From positions 26,045 through 90,044 of the forward strand of contig JAXGOZ010000005.1 of the NCBI GenBank assembly GCA_040767255.1: a stretch of 64,000 bases of DNA, in the 5' to 3' direction. Both the position numbers and the translations under genes were made by a program. Below the pieces are notes generated by a model. The model was not told the DNA's origin. It did no database searches and saw nothing but the letters and a program-made list of their open reading frames with translations. How positions within the stretch are numbered: the stretch's first letter is position 1; each line of letters begins with the position of its first letter. This DNA is from Caldisericia bacterium. Its GTDB lineage: Bacteria; Caldisericota; Caldisericia; UBA6126. Shown piece after piece: positions 23,696 to 34,229 of this stretch.

Positions 23696-24225
23696 TAGAC
23701 ATCTTCCTTTGTTTCAATAATTTGCTTCAGTTTTTTTGTTGCTCGATGAATCCGAACTTTTGTGTTTGTAACAGTAATTTTCAATGTTTTTGCAATTTCT
23801 TCTACGGTTAACTCCTGAAAATAGCGCATCATAATGATTTCACGATCCTTTGGGCTTAATTCTTTCATATACTGCTGAATTTGGTGAGTTTTTTCTTTTG
23901 TTTCGTGCTGCGGAGAAGGGATATTGTCAAGCACAAAGTCTTGGTTTGTGTAAACTCGTCGGTTCTTTTTAATATGTGTCCTTGTTTCATTGAGAATAAT
24001 TCTAGATAACCAAGGATGGAAAGAACGTTCCATATCAAAAGATATAAAATTTGTGAACACTTTAATAAATACGTTTTCAACGATATCATCTGCTTCATCT
24101 TGATTTTTTAACATGTAGTATGCAGATCGAAAAACATAGTCTTTGTAATACTTAAAAACTTCAGCCTGAGCCATTCTATCACCATCTTTAGCAAGTTGTA
24201 GTATTTCCCTGTCGATTTCAGTCAC
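23695..24225 (-). CDS. ECF-family RNA polymerase sigma factor
   Basis: DEADDIVENVFIKV, SFHPWLSRI, region 4 LSPKDREIIMMRYFQELTVEEIAKTL...KVRIHRA; 176 aa. Confidence 0.92.
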   Translation of the reverse strand: MTEIDREILQLAKDGDRMAQAEVFKYYKDYVFRSAYYMLKNQDEADDIVENVFIKVFTNFISFDMERSFHPWLSRIILNETRTHIKKNRRVYTNQDFVLDNIPSPQHETKEKTHQIQQYMKELSPKDREIIMMRYFQELTVEEIAKTLKITVTNTKVRIHRATKKLKQIIETKEDV

Positions 24226-24246
24226 GTTTAACCATCTTTCTATATG

Positions 24247-24275
24247 TATTACAAATTAACACGAGTTTTGTTACA
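24247..24275 (-). promoter_or_regulatory. Possible autoregulatory ECF-type promoter
   Basis: Minus strand TGTAAC-N16-TGTAATA just upstream of the ECF gene; resembles the AAC...CGT ECF consensus with one mismatch. Confidence 0.28.
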
Positions 24276-24306
24276 CTACTTTTACTATTTTTTGAAAGGA
24301 AGTACA

Positions 24307-25542
24307 ATGAACCGATTCCTAGCAAACAGTATAGAGAAAATTGTATCAAATGAAGGAAAAAAATTTCTTGATATGACCCAAGGCTATGACGCATCCTTAT
24401 TGCTATACCAAGAAGCTCAAAACCCTTCACTTTATGTACATATTCCATTTTGTCAGAAGATTTGTCCTTATTGTTCCTTCAATCGTTATCCATATCAGGA
24501 AGAATTAGCCACCCATTACTTTAAAGCTTTGGAACAAGAACTACTCTATTACAAAAACAAAGGTTTTCATTTCCATGAAGTATATTTTGGTGGAGGAACC
24601 CCAACAATCAATATTCCTCTGCTCAGAAATTTTATAAAAGCTCTTCATACCCATTTTTCGATACAAGAAATCTCAATTGAGGCAAATCCAATTGATTTAA
24701 CCGAAGAGACTATTCGAGAGTTGCAACATATCGGCATCAATAGATTGTCTATCGGAGTACAAAGCTTTAAAAATGAGCTACTAGTCGACATGGGACGTCG
24801 TTCGCACACATCAGAAGAAGCTATTCGCGCTATTGAAAGAGTAGGTAATCGATTCAACACTGTCAACATTGACTTCATTTTCAACTTTCCAAACCAGAAG
24901 CTTGAGGACTTTTACAATGATATTCAAACCATGAAAAAAATCGGTGTAAATCAAGCTACATTTTACCCATTGATGCCTTCTCCACATAAACAAAGTGCCT
25001 TGGAAAGAAAATTTCACACCATTGACACAAATAGAGAATTTTCTTTTTACCGAATGCTCCAAAATGAAATGAAAAGAGAATTTCAACCGTCAACTTGTTG
25101 GTGTTTCTCTAAGGGAGACCAAAGAATTGATGAATACATTATTCACCATCCAGAATATGTGGGTTTGGGTGCGGGTTCTGTAGGTTTTCTGCAAAACACT
25201 TTTTTTGTGAATACCTTCCACCCAAAGAAATACATCCAGCAGATACAACAACACAAGGTTTCAATTGTCATGCATAAACAAGCTACAAAAAAAGAAGCAG
25301 CACGCTACTTTATGCTTACACAACTCTTTGGCATGCAATTGGATGGAAAAGAACTTACAAAACGGTATCAAAATGCTGTACTTCCTGAACTTCTTTTGCT
25401 ACAGGCCAATTCCATCATTAAAAAAAGAGGAGATCATTATGTAACAACCACAAAGGGCATGTACTACATTGGTCTCATGATGAAGCATTTTTTTATTGGG
25501 TTAAACGGTTTACGAGAAATCTGTATCCAAAATCAGTTGTAA
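24307..25542 (+). CDS. HemN-like class C radical SAM enzyme, most similar to menaquinone methyltransferase MenK/MqnK
   Basis: LYVHIPFCQKICPYCSF, GGGTPT, RLSIGVQSF, QATFYPLM, DEYI...EYVGLGAGS; no HemW HNxxYW motif. Confidence 0.8.
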   Translation: MNRFLANSIEKIVSNEGKKFLDMTQGYDASLLLYQEAQNPSLYVHIPFCQKICPYCSFNRYPYQEELATHYFKALEQELLYYKNKGFHFHEVYFGGGTPTINIPLLRNFIKALHTHFSIQEISIEANPIDLTEETIRELQHIGINRLSIGVQSFKNELLVDMGRRSHTSEEAIRAIERVGNRFNTVNIDFIFNFPNQKLEDFYNDIQTMKKIGVNQATFYPLMPSPHKQSALERKFHTIDTNREFSFYRMLQNEMKREFQPSTCWCFSKGDQRIDEYIIHHPEYVGLGAGSVGFLQNTFFVNTFHPKKYIQQIQQHKVSIVMHKQATKKEAARYFMLTQLFGMQLDGKELTKRYQNAVLPELLLLQANSIIKKRGDHYVTTTKGMYYIGLMMKHFFIGLNGLREICIQNQL

Positions 25543-25614
25543 AAGTAGCAATTCTACATTGCCAAAACATAATGATTCAGTAGAATTAAAGAATACTTTA
25601 CCGTAGGGGGTAGT

Positions 25615-26232
25615 TTGATGAAAAAAATCATCTCTATTGTTGTTATGCTATTTATGGTTCTTGGTCTTAGTTTTTCTATGACCAGCTGTACTGATAATTC
25701 CTCTGACAATGGTGGTCAAGTTATCAGTGACGGGGGCAGCGGAGGTGGTATAATATCACCAGAAGAAGCCCGAGATGCTGGTGATTGGACATTACCAATC
25801 GTTGCTAATCCAAATCCTGAATTAGGAATTGAAGCAGAAGTTAAACTGCAAGAATTGATCGATAATCCTGATGTCAAACTAATTTTAGTTGATTTTTGGG
25901 CCACTTGGTGTGAACCTTGCAAAGAAGAAATGCCCTATCTAGAAGAAATATACCAAGAATACAAAGATCAAGGTTTGGAATGTTTAGTTATCACCATTGA
26001 TTCTAGCAAAGCCCTTGAGAAACAAATCCTGAAAGATGTGGAGCACTTAGCTGTTACATATCCTATTCCTTGGGATTTAGATTCTGCAGTCAAAAACTCA
26101 TATGGAATTCAAGCCATTCCTGTAACATATCTCATCGACAAAAATGGCAAAATTCGCTATGAGCACTCTGGATTCACAATGGCACTCATGGACCATTTAT
26201 GGGAAGCAGTTGAGGAATTAATCAACGAGTAA
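25615..26232 (+). CDS. TlpA/ResA-family thiol-disulfide oxidoreductase lipoprotein
   Basis: Lipobox-like MTSC; DFWATWCEPCKEEMP; IPVTYLIDKNG. Confidence 0.9.
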   Translation: MMKKIISIVVMLFMVLGLSFSMTSCTDNSSDNGGQVISDGGSGGGIISPEEARDAGDWTLPIVANPNPELGIEAEVKLQELIDNPDVKLILVDFWATWCEPCKEEMPYLEEIYQEYKDQGLECLVITIDSSKALEKQILKDVEHLAVTYPIPWDLDSAVKNSYGIQAIPVTYLIDKNGKIRYEHSGFTMALMDHLWEAVEELINE

Positions 26233-26789
26233 TGAAGATTATTTCAGGAAAAAGGCGCGGGAAAACACTTGTTTCTCCCGCGCATCTTCCTTTACGACCA
26301 ACCTCAAATAAAGTTCGCGAAGCTCTATTCAATATACTTCGACTAGAGATTCCGGGCTGTTTTTTTTTAGATTTATTTGCAGGAACAGGGGCAATTGGAA
26401 TCAATGCTCTTAGTGAAGGAGCAAAAAAAGCAGTATTTGTTGAAAAAAATGCCACTTGTGCCAGAACCATCCTGAAAAATTTAACCAATGCTGATTTTAC
26501 AAGTGACTCTTATCTGCTGTTTCGCGAAACAGCAGAATATTTTCTTACTCACCGAAAAATTGATCAATTTCAGTTTATTTTTCTAGATCCTCCCTATAAT
26601 TATTCTACAGACCAATATCTATTTCTTCTGCAGAAAATTGAAAAAAAAATGAATCCGCAATGTATTATTATTCTGGAACATATAAAAAAAAGCGAGATTC
26701 AAGCCATTTCCAAAGTGCTTGAGTTAGATTGCGAGGAACGAACGTATGGAAGAACCAAGCTGTCCATCCTTGGAAAAATGCAACAATAA
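26232..26789 (+). CDS. rsmD: 16S rRNA m2G966 methyltransferase
   Basis: MKIISGKRRG, RPTSNKVREALFN, LDLFAGTGAIG, FLDPPY. Confidence 0.93.
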   Translation: MKIISGKRRGKTLVSPAHLPLRPTSNKVREALFNILRLEIPGCFFLDLFAGTGAIGINALSEGAKKAVFVEKNATCARTILKNLTNADFTSDSYLLFRETAEYFLTHRKIDQFQFIFLDPPYNYSTDQYLFLLQKIEKKMNPQCIIILEHIKKSEIQAISKVLELDCEERTYGRTKLSILGKMQQ

Positions 26790-27258
26790 ACATGCAGTTT
26801 ACCCCGGCAGTTTCGATCCATTAACATATGGACATATTGACATTATTCAACGTTCCCTTGGTTACTTTCAAAACCTGACTATTCTCATTGCAGAGAATAG
26901 AAAAAAAACTCCCTTCCTACGTTTGGAAGAAAGAGAAAGTTTAGTCAAAACATATTTCCAAAACAACCCACGAATTCATGTAACCACTTGGCAAGGTCTT
27001 TTAATCGACTACATGAAAGAACACCAAATCCCTGTATGCATACGCGGCTTACGAGTTCTTTCTGATTTTGAAAATGAATTTCAAATGGCTATTACAAACA
27101 AACAACTGTTTTCGGAGTTTGAAGTGATTTTCTTTATGAGCAGCATGCAACACGCCAATTTAAGCTCTTCCATGGTTAAAGAGATGATTCATTTTCATGG
27201 AGATATTCAATTGTTCGTCCCTGACATTGTTGCTCAGTACCTAGAAAAAAGGAGATAA
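26746..27258 (+). CDS. coaD: Pantetheine-phosphate adenylyltransferase
   Basis: AVYPGSFDPLTYGH, IRGLRVLSDFENE, LSSSMVKE; follows rsmD; start uncertain. Confidence 0.95.
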   Translation: MEEPSCPSLEKCNNKHAVYPGSFDPLTYGHIDIIQRSLGYFQNLTILIAENRKKTPFLRLEERESLVKTYFQNNPRIHVTTWQGLLIDYMKEHQIPVCIRGLRVLSDFENEFQMAITNKQLFSEFEVIFFMSSMQHANLSSSMVKEMIHFHGDIQLFVPDIVAQYLEKRR

Positions 27259-27259
27259 A

Positions 27260-27739
27260 ATGAGCATTATCGAGTCTTTGGATCAACTTCTTTCCATTTT
27301 AGAAAATGCAAAAAGTGTTCCACTTACCGGAACAGTGATTGTAAATAAAGAAATCGTGGAAGAAATTATTGAAAAAATTCGCTGTAACTATCCCCATGAA
27401 ATCCAAAAAGGACAGAGCATTCTTCTTGAACGGTCTGAAATATTAGAATCTGCAAGAATAGAAGCCACTCAAATAGTAGAAGATACAAAACATCGACAAA
27501 AAGATTTGATCAACAAAGAAGAAATTGTTCAGCTAGCAAACCATAAAGCACAAGAATTAAAAGACAAAACAAAAAAAGAATGCATCAAGCTCTTACAGGA
27601 CTTACATAAATCTTTCAGAAGTCTGATAAAACAACAAGAAGAAGAACAGACAAAACGTCGCGAACACATTCAACAATCTTATCAAGCCATCCTTCATCAA
27701 ATGGAACAATTTAAAATAGATCACATTGACCAGCTTTAA
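27260..27739 (+). CDS. Conserved coiled-coil protein of the type that follows rsmD-coaD
   Basis: LDQLLSILENAKSVPLTGTVIVNKE then heptad-rich helix; gene context. Confidence 0.7.
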   Translation: MSIIESLDQLLSILENAKSVPLTGTVIVNKEIVEEIIEKIRCNYPHEIQKGQSILLERSEILESARIEATQIVEDTKHRQKDLINKEEIVQLANHKAQELKDKTKKECIKLLQDLHKSFRSLIKQQEEEQTKRREHIQQSYQAILHQMEQFKIDHIDQL

Positions 27740-27742
27740 GCC

Positions 27743-29302
27743 ATGAAACTTATCCTTATATGCCTCCTTGTTTTCCAAAGTATTGTTCCGAGTAAAACCA
27801 ATACCAGCTCTTTCCGATACCTTTCGAGTACTGGTGATCCTCCTATCCTATACGAGTATGCATGCTCACAAGCATCTCCTCAAAGAGCTCTGGAGACGAT
27901 TGAAATACTCTCTTCACCAGTTTTTACCGGAAGGCAATCTGGAACTCAAGGATGCAAAGAAGCTGCAGAATGGATTTCACAGTATATGGAGAACTTGCAT
28001 TTAGAACCTTGTCAAATCGATGATTCAGGTAGCTACTATCAAAAATTCTCTGTTCCGCTGGTTCAAGTGATGGATTCAACCAAATGCACGCTTTACGGGA
28101 AAGACAATATTGAATTTGAATACCGTAATGAATTTTACCCCTTTATCAAAAGTGATTCAGGGTCATACAAATCGGAATCAATATTTGTTGGATATGGCAT
28201 CATTACTCCAGAATACAATGACTACCATAATGTTGATGTCCGAAATAAAACAGTCATCCTTCTGAGTGGTTCCCCTTCCTTTCTCCAATCCTCCGATTAT
28301 ATCGACATTGCTGATATCCAAAGAAAATTTACTACCGCAAAAAAACAGGGGGCAAAATCAGTTTTGTTAATTGATCAAAATGCAACCTCAAAGACAAGAA
28401 ACTGGAATCGGAAAGAGGTATGGGATCCAGGAGTTATTTCCGATGTCCTATGCGGCTTTCTTTCTCTTACCGCAGGAGAAAAAATATTCAATACTCAATC
28501 ATTGTCCATAAATTCTGTAATCCAAACAATTGATTCATCAAAACAATCCTATACTTTTTCAGTGCAAGAAGAAATTGAGTTAACCATCTCTATATCAAAA
28601 CAAATCAAACCCACTTCAAATGTCATCGGATATATTCCTGCCCAAAAACCCACAACGAAATCTTTCCTTTTTACAGCGCACTATGACCACCTAGGTCAAG
28701 ATTTAGTGAATGGAGAAATTTTTGCTGGTGCCAACGACAATGCCTCTGGAGTATCGGTAATCCTAGAGGTAGCCAGGGTTCTTCAACAATATCACACATC
28801 TGCAGATTATCATATTGTGTTTATAGCATTTAGCGGAGAAGAAGAGGGGTTGCTTGGATCAAAATGGTATGTTGATCACCCAATGTTTCCCTTAAATGAC
28901 ATTGTAGGAGTCATCAATCTAGACATGGTAGGAGTTGGAGATAGTGTAGAATTATAGCAGGCACAGACCCAGATTTCTTTCCAGAATTAGGTCAAGCTAT
29001 TCGAATTTCTGCAAAAGAGTTTGACATACCAATCCAATTTCATCGAGGAAGTCCTTTAGGGAGTTCAGACCAATATTTCTTCTATCAGAATAATGTCCTT
29101 TGTGTATTTTTTGGAGAAGTGGTTTAAATGTTTGGAAACATATCATACACCTCAAGATGTTCCTGAATTAGTTGAGCTGGAAAATTTGAAAGAAAGCTTA
29201 CAGTTGTGCATCTATACCGTTCTTCTTGTCACAGATGCTTCACTTTCCATATCACCAATCCCTTTACTTTCTCAACAATTTAGTTATCAATTTGAAGCAT
29301 GA
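27743..29302 (+). CDS. M28-family aminopeptidase with PA domain (frameshifts after 28950)
   Basis: FTAHYDHLG, GANDNASG, FSGEEEGLLGS, INLDMVG; shifted frames give SSDQYFF and YHTPQD. Confidence 0.85.
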
Positions 29303-30684
29303 AAAAAAAGAATGGATACGTAATTCGATCAATACAGCATAGAAAAAAACAACAAAATAGAGTTTTTGTTGTTATAGTTGTCGGTTTGCTTATTGCTCTT
29401 GGATACTTTTTTTATCTTCATCGCTTTGATGTAAAAATATCGAGTGCAAAACTTTATTTTTTTGATGCTGAAAAGACAGAACTCGTCCCAATAAGCCGAA
29501 AAATCAACCTATCTGGTCATACAGAAAAAATTGTTAAACTACTTGTAGAAGAACTTTCAAAACCACCAAAAGAAGGAAATTTACAATCTTTTATTCCCGT
29601 TCATGGTTCTATTGCAAGCGTAAACCTGAATGAGGGTATCTGTCATGTAGTCGTAGAAGAAGACTTGATATCAAAATCCATCTCTTCCGTTTCTCAAGAA
29701 GCAGCTGCTGTATATTGTATTGTGAATACATTAACAGAACTTGATTCAATTCAAAAAGTACGCATCACTGTGCAAGGGAAAAAAGACCCCACTTTTAAGC
29801 AATATATTTCTTTAGAAGAACCATTGATACGTCTTTCAGGACAATTGCCAAAGGGACAATATGTTCGGCTTTATTCTTACAGCATATCTCTCGATAGCCT
29901 TGTGGTTAGAAGAATTGAAATTCCTGCCTCTGGCAAGATTGAAGAAACCGTATCAAGTATTGTTCATCAGTTCATTATTCAAAGCAATAAGAAGGAAGAA
30001 ATTACCAGCTTTTTTCCAGAAGATGTCACCATCAATAATATCTTGATCGAAAACGGAACTCTCTTTATTGATCTTTCTCCTGAGTTTCAGAGATTTCATT
30101 ATGGAGCTACCGAGGAAATGGCTCTAGTGAATGCCATAACTCTTTCTCTTACAGAATTACCACAAATTCAACAAGTCCAGATTCTTATCAATGGAAGTAT
30201 TATTGATACTATTGGTGGTCATTCATTATCAATCGCTCCGTACAAACGATGGTATGGCTACCAGAGAGAATCTTCTACCCTTCTTTACTTCGTTTACAAA
30301 AAAGATCAAAATCACTATTTAGTGCCTACATTTCGAAATCAGGATACTCAGAAGCAACTATCCCCTGAAGAAATACTGAAAGAACTTCTTAAAGGTCCCT
30401 CATCGGAAGAGAGAGAGATGGGTATTGTTAGTGATATACCCTCAGGAACAAAACTGATTACAGCAACCCCTGGAGAAGAAAATAGCTTAACGATCAATTT
30501 AGAAATGGAAATGAGTGAATTCTTAAATGCTCAACAAGAAGAGAATTTCTTAGAACAGCTGATTTTAACTCTTTCTGAAAACACAAGTTTTCGTTTGTTT
30601 CATTTATACTTCCAGGGAGAGGCACTAGAGTCTCTTCCATTTGGAACAGAAATAAATAATCCACTTCGACGGGAGATCGAATGA
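29299..30684 (+). CDS. Membrane-anchored protein with three GerMN domains
   Basis: N-terminal TM; repeats LYF...LVP, LxxGP, IVNTLTELDSIQKV, ITLSLTELPQIQQVQILING, LILTLSE. Confidence 0.85.
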   Translation: MKKKNGYVIRSIQHRKKQQNRVFVVIVVGLLIALGYFFYLHRFDVKISSAKLYFFDAEKTELVPISRKINLSGHTEKIVKLLVEELSKPPKEGNLQSFIPVHGSIASVNLNEGICHVVVEEDLISKSISSVSQEAAAVYCIVNTLTELDSIQKVRITVQGKKDPTFKQYISLEEPLIRLSGQLPKGQYVRLYSYSISLDSLVVRRIEIPASGKIEETVSSIVHQFIIQSNKKEEITSFFPEDVTINNILIENGTLFIDLSPEFQRFHYGATEEMALVNAITLSLTELPQIQQVQILINGSIIDTIGGHSLSIAPYKRWYGYQRESSTLLYFVYKKDQNHYLVPTFRNQDTQKQLSPEEILKELLKGPSSEEREMGIVSDIPSGTKLITATPGEENSLTINLEMEMSEFLNAQQEENFLEQLILTLSENTSFRLFHLYFQGEALESLPFGTEINNPLRREIE

Positions 30685-32198
30685 AAAGAGATTTTCAAAC
30701 TAGACATTTTTGGACATGTATTCTATTGGTTCCCCTTTGCATTGCTTGTGTACTATCCCTGCCCTCTTGTTCTTCCTTCAATCATCATTATCAATACAAA
30801 CTCATGAAATCTGAAAACATGCCTCCCCCTCATTTTCAATCCGTCGCATCAATACCTTATCCATCAGACAATCAAAAAGTCTATTTGCATGCTGCCATTA
30901 TCGAGGATATGATAGATGAAAACGAAACTTCACAACTCTTGATATTCCAAACTGATTCATCTGGTCAGATTCTACAATCTCGGGTATTAATACCTCCTGA
31001 GGAGACCATTCTCAACCAAGATCTTCTAGGGTGGTTTCAATCCCCCCATAGCACCTACTTATTCTTCGAAACATCCTCAATCGATAAAGAACCGAACTAC
31101 AACATCCATTTTCTACCCTTCCAGGTTCAGCTTTTTGATGAAACACCCAACATTGATGTTGTCTCATTTTCTAGTCCTTCAATAACAATGCAAAACTATT
31201 GCAGCTCTCGAAATCACTTCTTTCTGGCAGGATCTTATGCAAGTCCAAGTCAAACGAATTCATATGGGCTGATTGTTGACTTTGTTGAAAATACACCCGG
31301 GAAAATCGAGATTTCTAACACTTCGGTCATACAAGTTCCAACAAATACAAAAAGAATGCATGCCACAACAGGAATATCTAGTATTATTCCAAACAATTCA
31401 TCAGAAGAAAATGACTATTCTGTACATTTCTCAACACAGAATAGCTATGTAGGAACACTCTATCCAGGTGAATTTGTAAAAAACTGTTATTCAGTCCCTG
31501 GTTTCTATCCTTCCTTTCAAAATAAAATGTACACTCATGGGGAAACTATCGTTGTAGAAAACCACCCTCAATCCTCTTATGATGCAGATCTTATTCAAGT
31601 ACTTTTAAATGGTAAAACAAATCACATCCACGTTTTTAACCAGTACCCAAATCTTTCTTACAATTGGATTGCTAAAAAAAGCATGTATGATGCTAGTCAG
31701 GGAATGATTGCTCTGGGTTTTTCAGAAAATCAGGATCTTTTTCTGGTTGGAGACCTGGATAAAAATTTATCTACTGTACAGGGATGGCAATCACAAAACC
31801 ACTATCAAATGACTCCAAATCCTTCTGTATGTAGTAGCTCATCGAATGTTTTCATATCAAGCCTTTTCTCTCAGTTAGAAGGAGGAGTTTCCGAATCATC
31901 CCTCTTAAAATCTGATACTCCCTATGTAGAGTTTCTTCAAAATCCTTGGAAAGTATCAAGATGGCGTCCGACTCTTAAGAAAATGAAAAAAAATGAGATT
32001 CCTGATCCTGAAAAAACTCACATATACTACAATGATCAGCAAAACAATACATTGGATTTAAAGAAAGAACAGCGAGAAGTCACTTTTGTGAAACCTTTTC
32101 ATGTCTCAAATATGACTGGAAAAGTATTCGAGCAAGACAAAATGACATTTACATCTCATGATTTCTCCCGCATATCAGGTGTGAAACCTTTGCCTTAG
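30681..32198 (+). CDS. Hypothetical lipoprotein
   Basis: 505-aa ORF, ATGA overlap with the GerMN gene, signal ending LPSC. Confidence 0.6.
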   Translation: MKRDFQTRHFWTCILLVPLCIACVLSLPSCSSFNHHYQYKLMKSENMPPPHFQSVASIPYPSDNQKVYLHAAIIEDMIDENETSQLLIFQTDSSGQILQSRVLIPPEETILNQDLLGWFQSPHSTYLFFETSSIDKEPNYNIHFLPFQVQLFDETPNIDVVSFSSPSITMQNYCSSRNHFFLAGSYASPSQTNSYGLIVDFVENTPGKIEISNTSVIQVPTNTKRMHATTGISSIIPNNSSEENDYSVHFSTQNSYVGTLYPGEFVKNCYSVPGFYPSFQNKMYTHGETIVVENHPQSSYDADLIQVLLNGKTNHIHVFNQYPNLSYNWIAKKSMYDASQGMIALGFSENQDLFLVGDLDKNLSTVQGWQSQNHYQMTPNPSVCSSSSNVFISSLFSQLEGGVSESSLLKSDTPYVEFLQNPWKVSRWRPTLKKMKKNEIPDPEKTHIYYNDQQNNTLDLKKEQREVTFVKPFHVSNMTGKVFEQDKMTFTSHDFSRISGVKPLP

Positions 32199-32229
32199 TT
32201 ATTCTGAAGAAAAGCATCAAAAGAATATG

Positions 32230-33186
32230 TCAGATGCAGAGATATTTCTGTAGTTCAAAAAGCCTTTCATCGATAGGTTTTACATGACTAGCGACATCTT
32301 CCATCGGTATTGATACAATCTGGTTATCTTGGATTCCAACCACCAAACCAAATCTTTTCTCCTCAATGCATTCAACGGCTTTCACACCAAAATTTGTTGC
32401 TATAAAGCGATCTTGGAATGTTGGATTGCCCCCGCGTTGAAGATATCCTAATACACTAATGCTTGCATGGATACCAGAAACAAGCTCTAATGCATCGGCA
32501 AATTTCTCAGCCTTTGCAGAACCTTCTGCTAGAACTACAATAAAATGTTTTTTCCCCAACTCAAAATTCTTTCGAATTCGTTCAGAGATATGATTGATAT
32601 CAAAAGGTCTTTCTGGAATTACGATACAGTCAGCACCTACTGAGATTCCACAATTTAAAGCAAGAATTCCACGATCTCGTCCCATCACTTCAACTACAAA
32701 TACACGCTGATGACTAGTTGCTGTATCACGAATTTTGTCAATGGCTCCAACAGCATTGTTGAGAGCGGTGTCAAAACCAATTGTGCTATGTGTACCATAC
32801 ACGTCGTTGTCAATGGTAGATGCCACTCCAACAACGGGAAAACCTTTTTTATGAAGTGCAAAAGAACCTCTTTGGGTACCATTTCCACCAATAATTACAA
32901 GGGCGTCAATTCGGTGTTTCTCTAGAGAATCCAAAGCTCTTTGAATACCCTCTTCTGTATGAAACTCGGGTGCCCGAGCAGTAAGAAGAATGGTTCCTCC
33001 CAGTGAAAGTATGCTTCCTACATCTCGTGAACAAAGCTGCTCAATTTCACCGGTCATTAAACCTGCATATCCTTTCTTCACACCCATTACTTCATATCCT
33101 TTGTATATGGCTGTCCTAGTAACTGCTCGTATAGCAGCATTCATGCCAGGAGCATCCCCACCAGAAGTTAAAACTGCGATTCTCAT
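32230..33186 (-). CDS. pfkA: 6-phosphofructokinase
   Basis: LTSGGDAPGMNAAIRAV, GGTIL, TIDND, VEVMGR, GYLQRGG. Confidence 0.95.
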   Translation of the reverse strand: MRIAVLTSGGDAPGMNAAIRAVTRTAIYKGYEVMGVKKGYAGLMTGEIEQLCSRDVGSILSLGGTILLTARAPEFHTEEGIQRALDSLEKHRIDALVIIGGNGTQRGSFALHKKGFPVVGVASTIDNDVYGTHSTIGFDTALNNAVGAIDKIRDTATSHQRVFVVEVMGRDRGILALNCGISVGADCIVIPERPFDINHISERIRKNFELGKKHFIVVLAEGSAKAEKFADALELVSGIHASISVLGYLQRGGNPTFQDRFIATNFGVKAVECIEEKRFGLVVGIQDNQIVSIPMEDVASHVKPIDERLFELQKYLCI

Positions 33187-34229
33187 ACTTCACCTTCTTG
33201 AAAACATTTCATCATCGAATGGTAAAACTTGGGTGTATACTTGATAAAATCAACAAGATCATCCCTATTAGAAGTATACTCCATATCAATGACAGTGTAA
33301 ATTTGAACTACGTATTCCTCACCTCTACGATTACATTGATCAAAATAATCTTCTATGGGTATCTTTGTGTACTTCTGTCCATAGGTTGCAATTCGAATTG
33401 CCTCCACCATTTGATTACAGAAAGTGTCGCTGGTTTGGAGAACAATGTCTTGCAATTGCAAGTCGAAATACTGCAGAGCATGTAAAAAAAGATATTCAGG
33501 AGCATTTTCTGAAAGTAACTCCACAAAAACTTCTTGCGATCCAAATTGCAAATATCCATTTTGGACATTCGTCAAGGAAACAATTAGGAATAGGTCACTC
33601 AATCTAGTTTGTAAATCCATCACAACATATGCATCCATCGCATAAAGTCGGGTGGGACAAAGGATGATGTGGACAGTTTGGTAATTGTATCCAAAAAAAT
33701 CGTACGTATTCTGTAACTCATTTTGGACGAGTTCTTTGTATTGAAAAGTATTGACAATTTGGACGTAGGCATCTTTCATGTGGGCAAGATAGGAAGAAAA
33801 GTTGGAAACACTTGCAAAATCTTGAAGCGCTTTTTCCAGTTGGAGAATGTTTTGTTGATCTTTACTTTGTAGATTCAAAGAAGATACACTTTTCTCCCAG
33901 GGTTCATTACGAAGTAATAACTGATACACATACGGAAGTAACTCGTCTTTTTCTACTGTAGTATAGAGTTGCACAGCTTCATGGTTTTTCCATTTTGAAA
34001 ACTGCTGTTTTGCCTGATACAGAAAGACACTGGTTAAAAATTGACAATTGGAGTATTCATCTACATGTGATAAAAAGGCAACTACATGAAATAGCTCAAT
34101 AGAATTGTGTGCATATACTGTAACGGTTGGGGTGTTTGTTTCATGAGAATACAGATATCCTTTATGTCCTGGTACAACTAAACTAATCAATAATAGCAAC
34201 ACAATGATGTTTTTCTTCAAATCAAACAC
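33183..34229 (-). CDS. Secreted hypothetical protein (DUF4932-like N-terminus)
   Basis: Signal peptide; IELFHVVAFLS, FSKWKNHEAVQ, LQDFASVSNFSSY. Confidence 0.5.
   Translation of the reverse strand: MFDLKKNIIVLLLLISLVVPGHKGYLYSHETNTPTVTVYAHNSIELFHVVAFLSHVDEYSNCQFLTSVFLYQAKQQFSKWKNHEAVQLYTTVEKDELLPYVYQLLLRNEPWEKSVSSLNLQSKDQQNILQLEKALQDFASVSNFSSYLAHMKDAYVQIVNTFQYKELVQNELQNTYDFFGYNYQTVHIILCPTRLYAMDAYVVMDLQTRLSDLFLIVSLTNVQNGYLQFGSQEVFVELLSENAPEYLFLHALQYFDLQLQDIVLQTSDTFCNQMVEAIRIATYGQKYTKIPIEDYFDQCNRRGEEYVVQIYTVIDMEYTSNRDDLVDFIKYTPKFYHSMMKCFQEGEV

Noticed and set aside
28955-28957. Genome-wide TAG recoding (TAG also breaks the M28 peptidase and rpoB)
   Set aside because: Homology resumes in a different frame after these TAGs, and TAG ends several complete genes.
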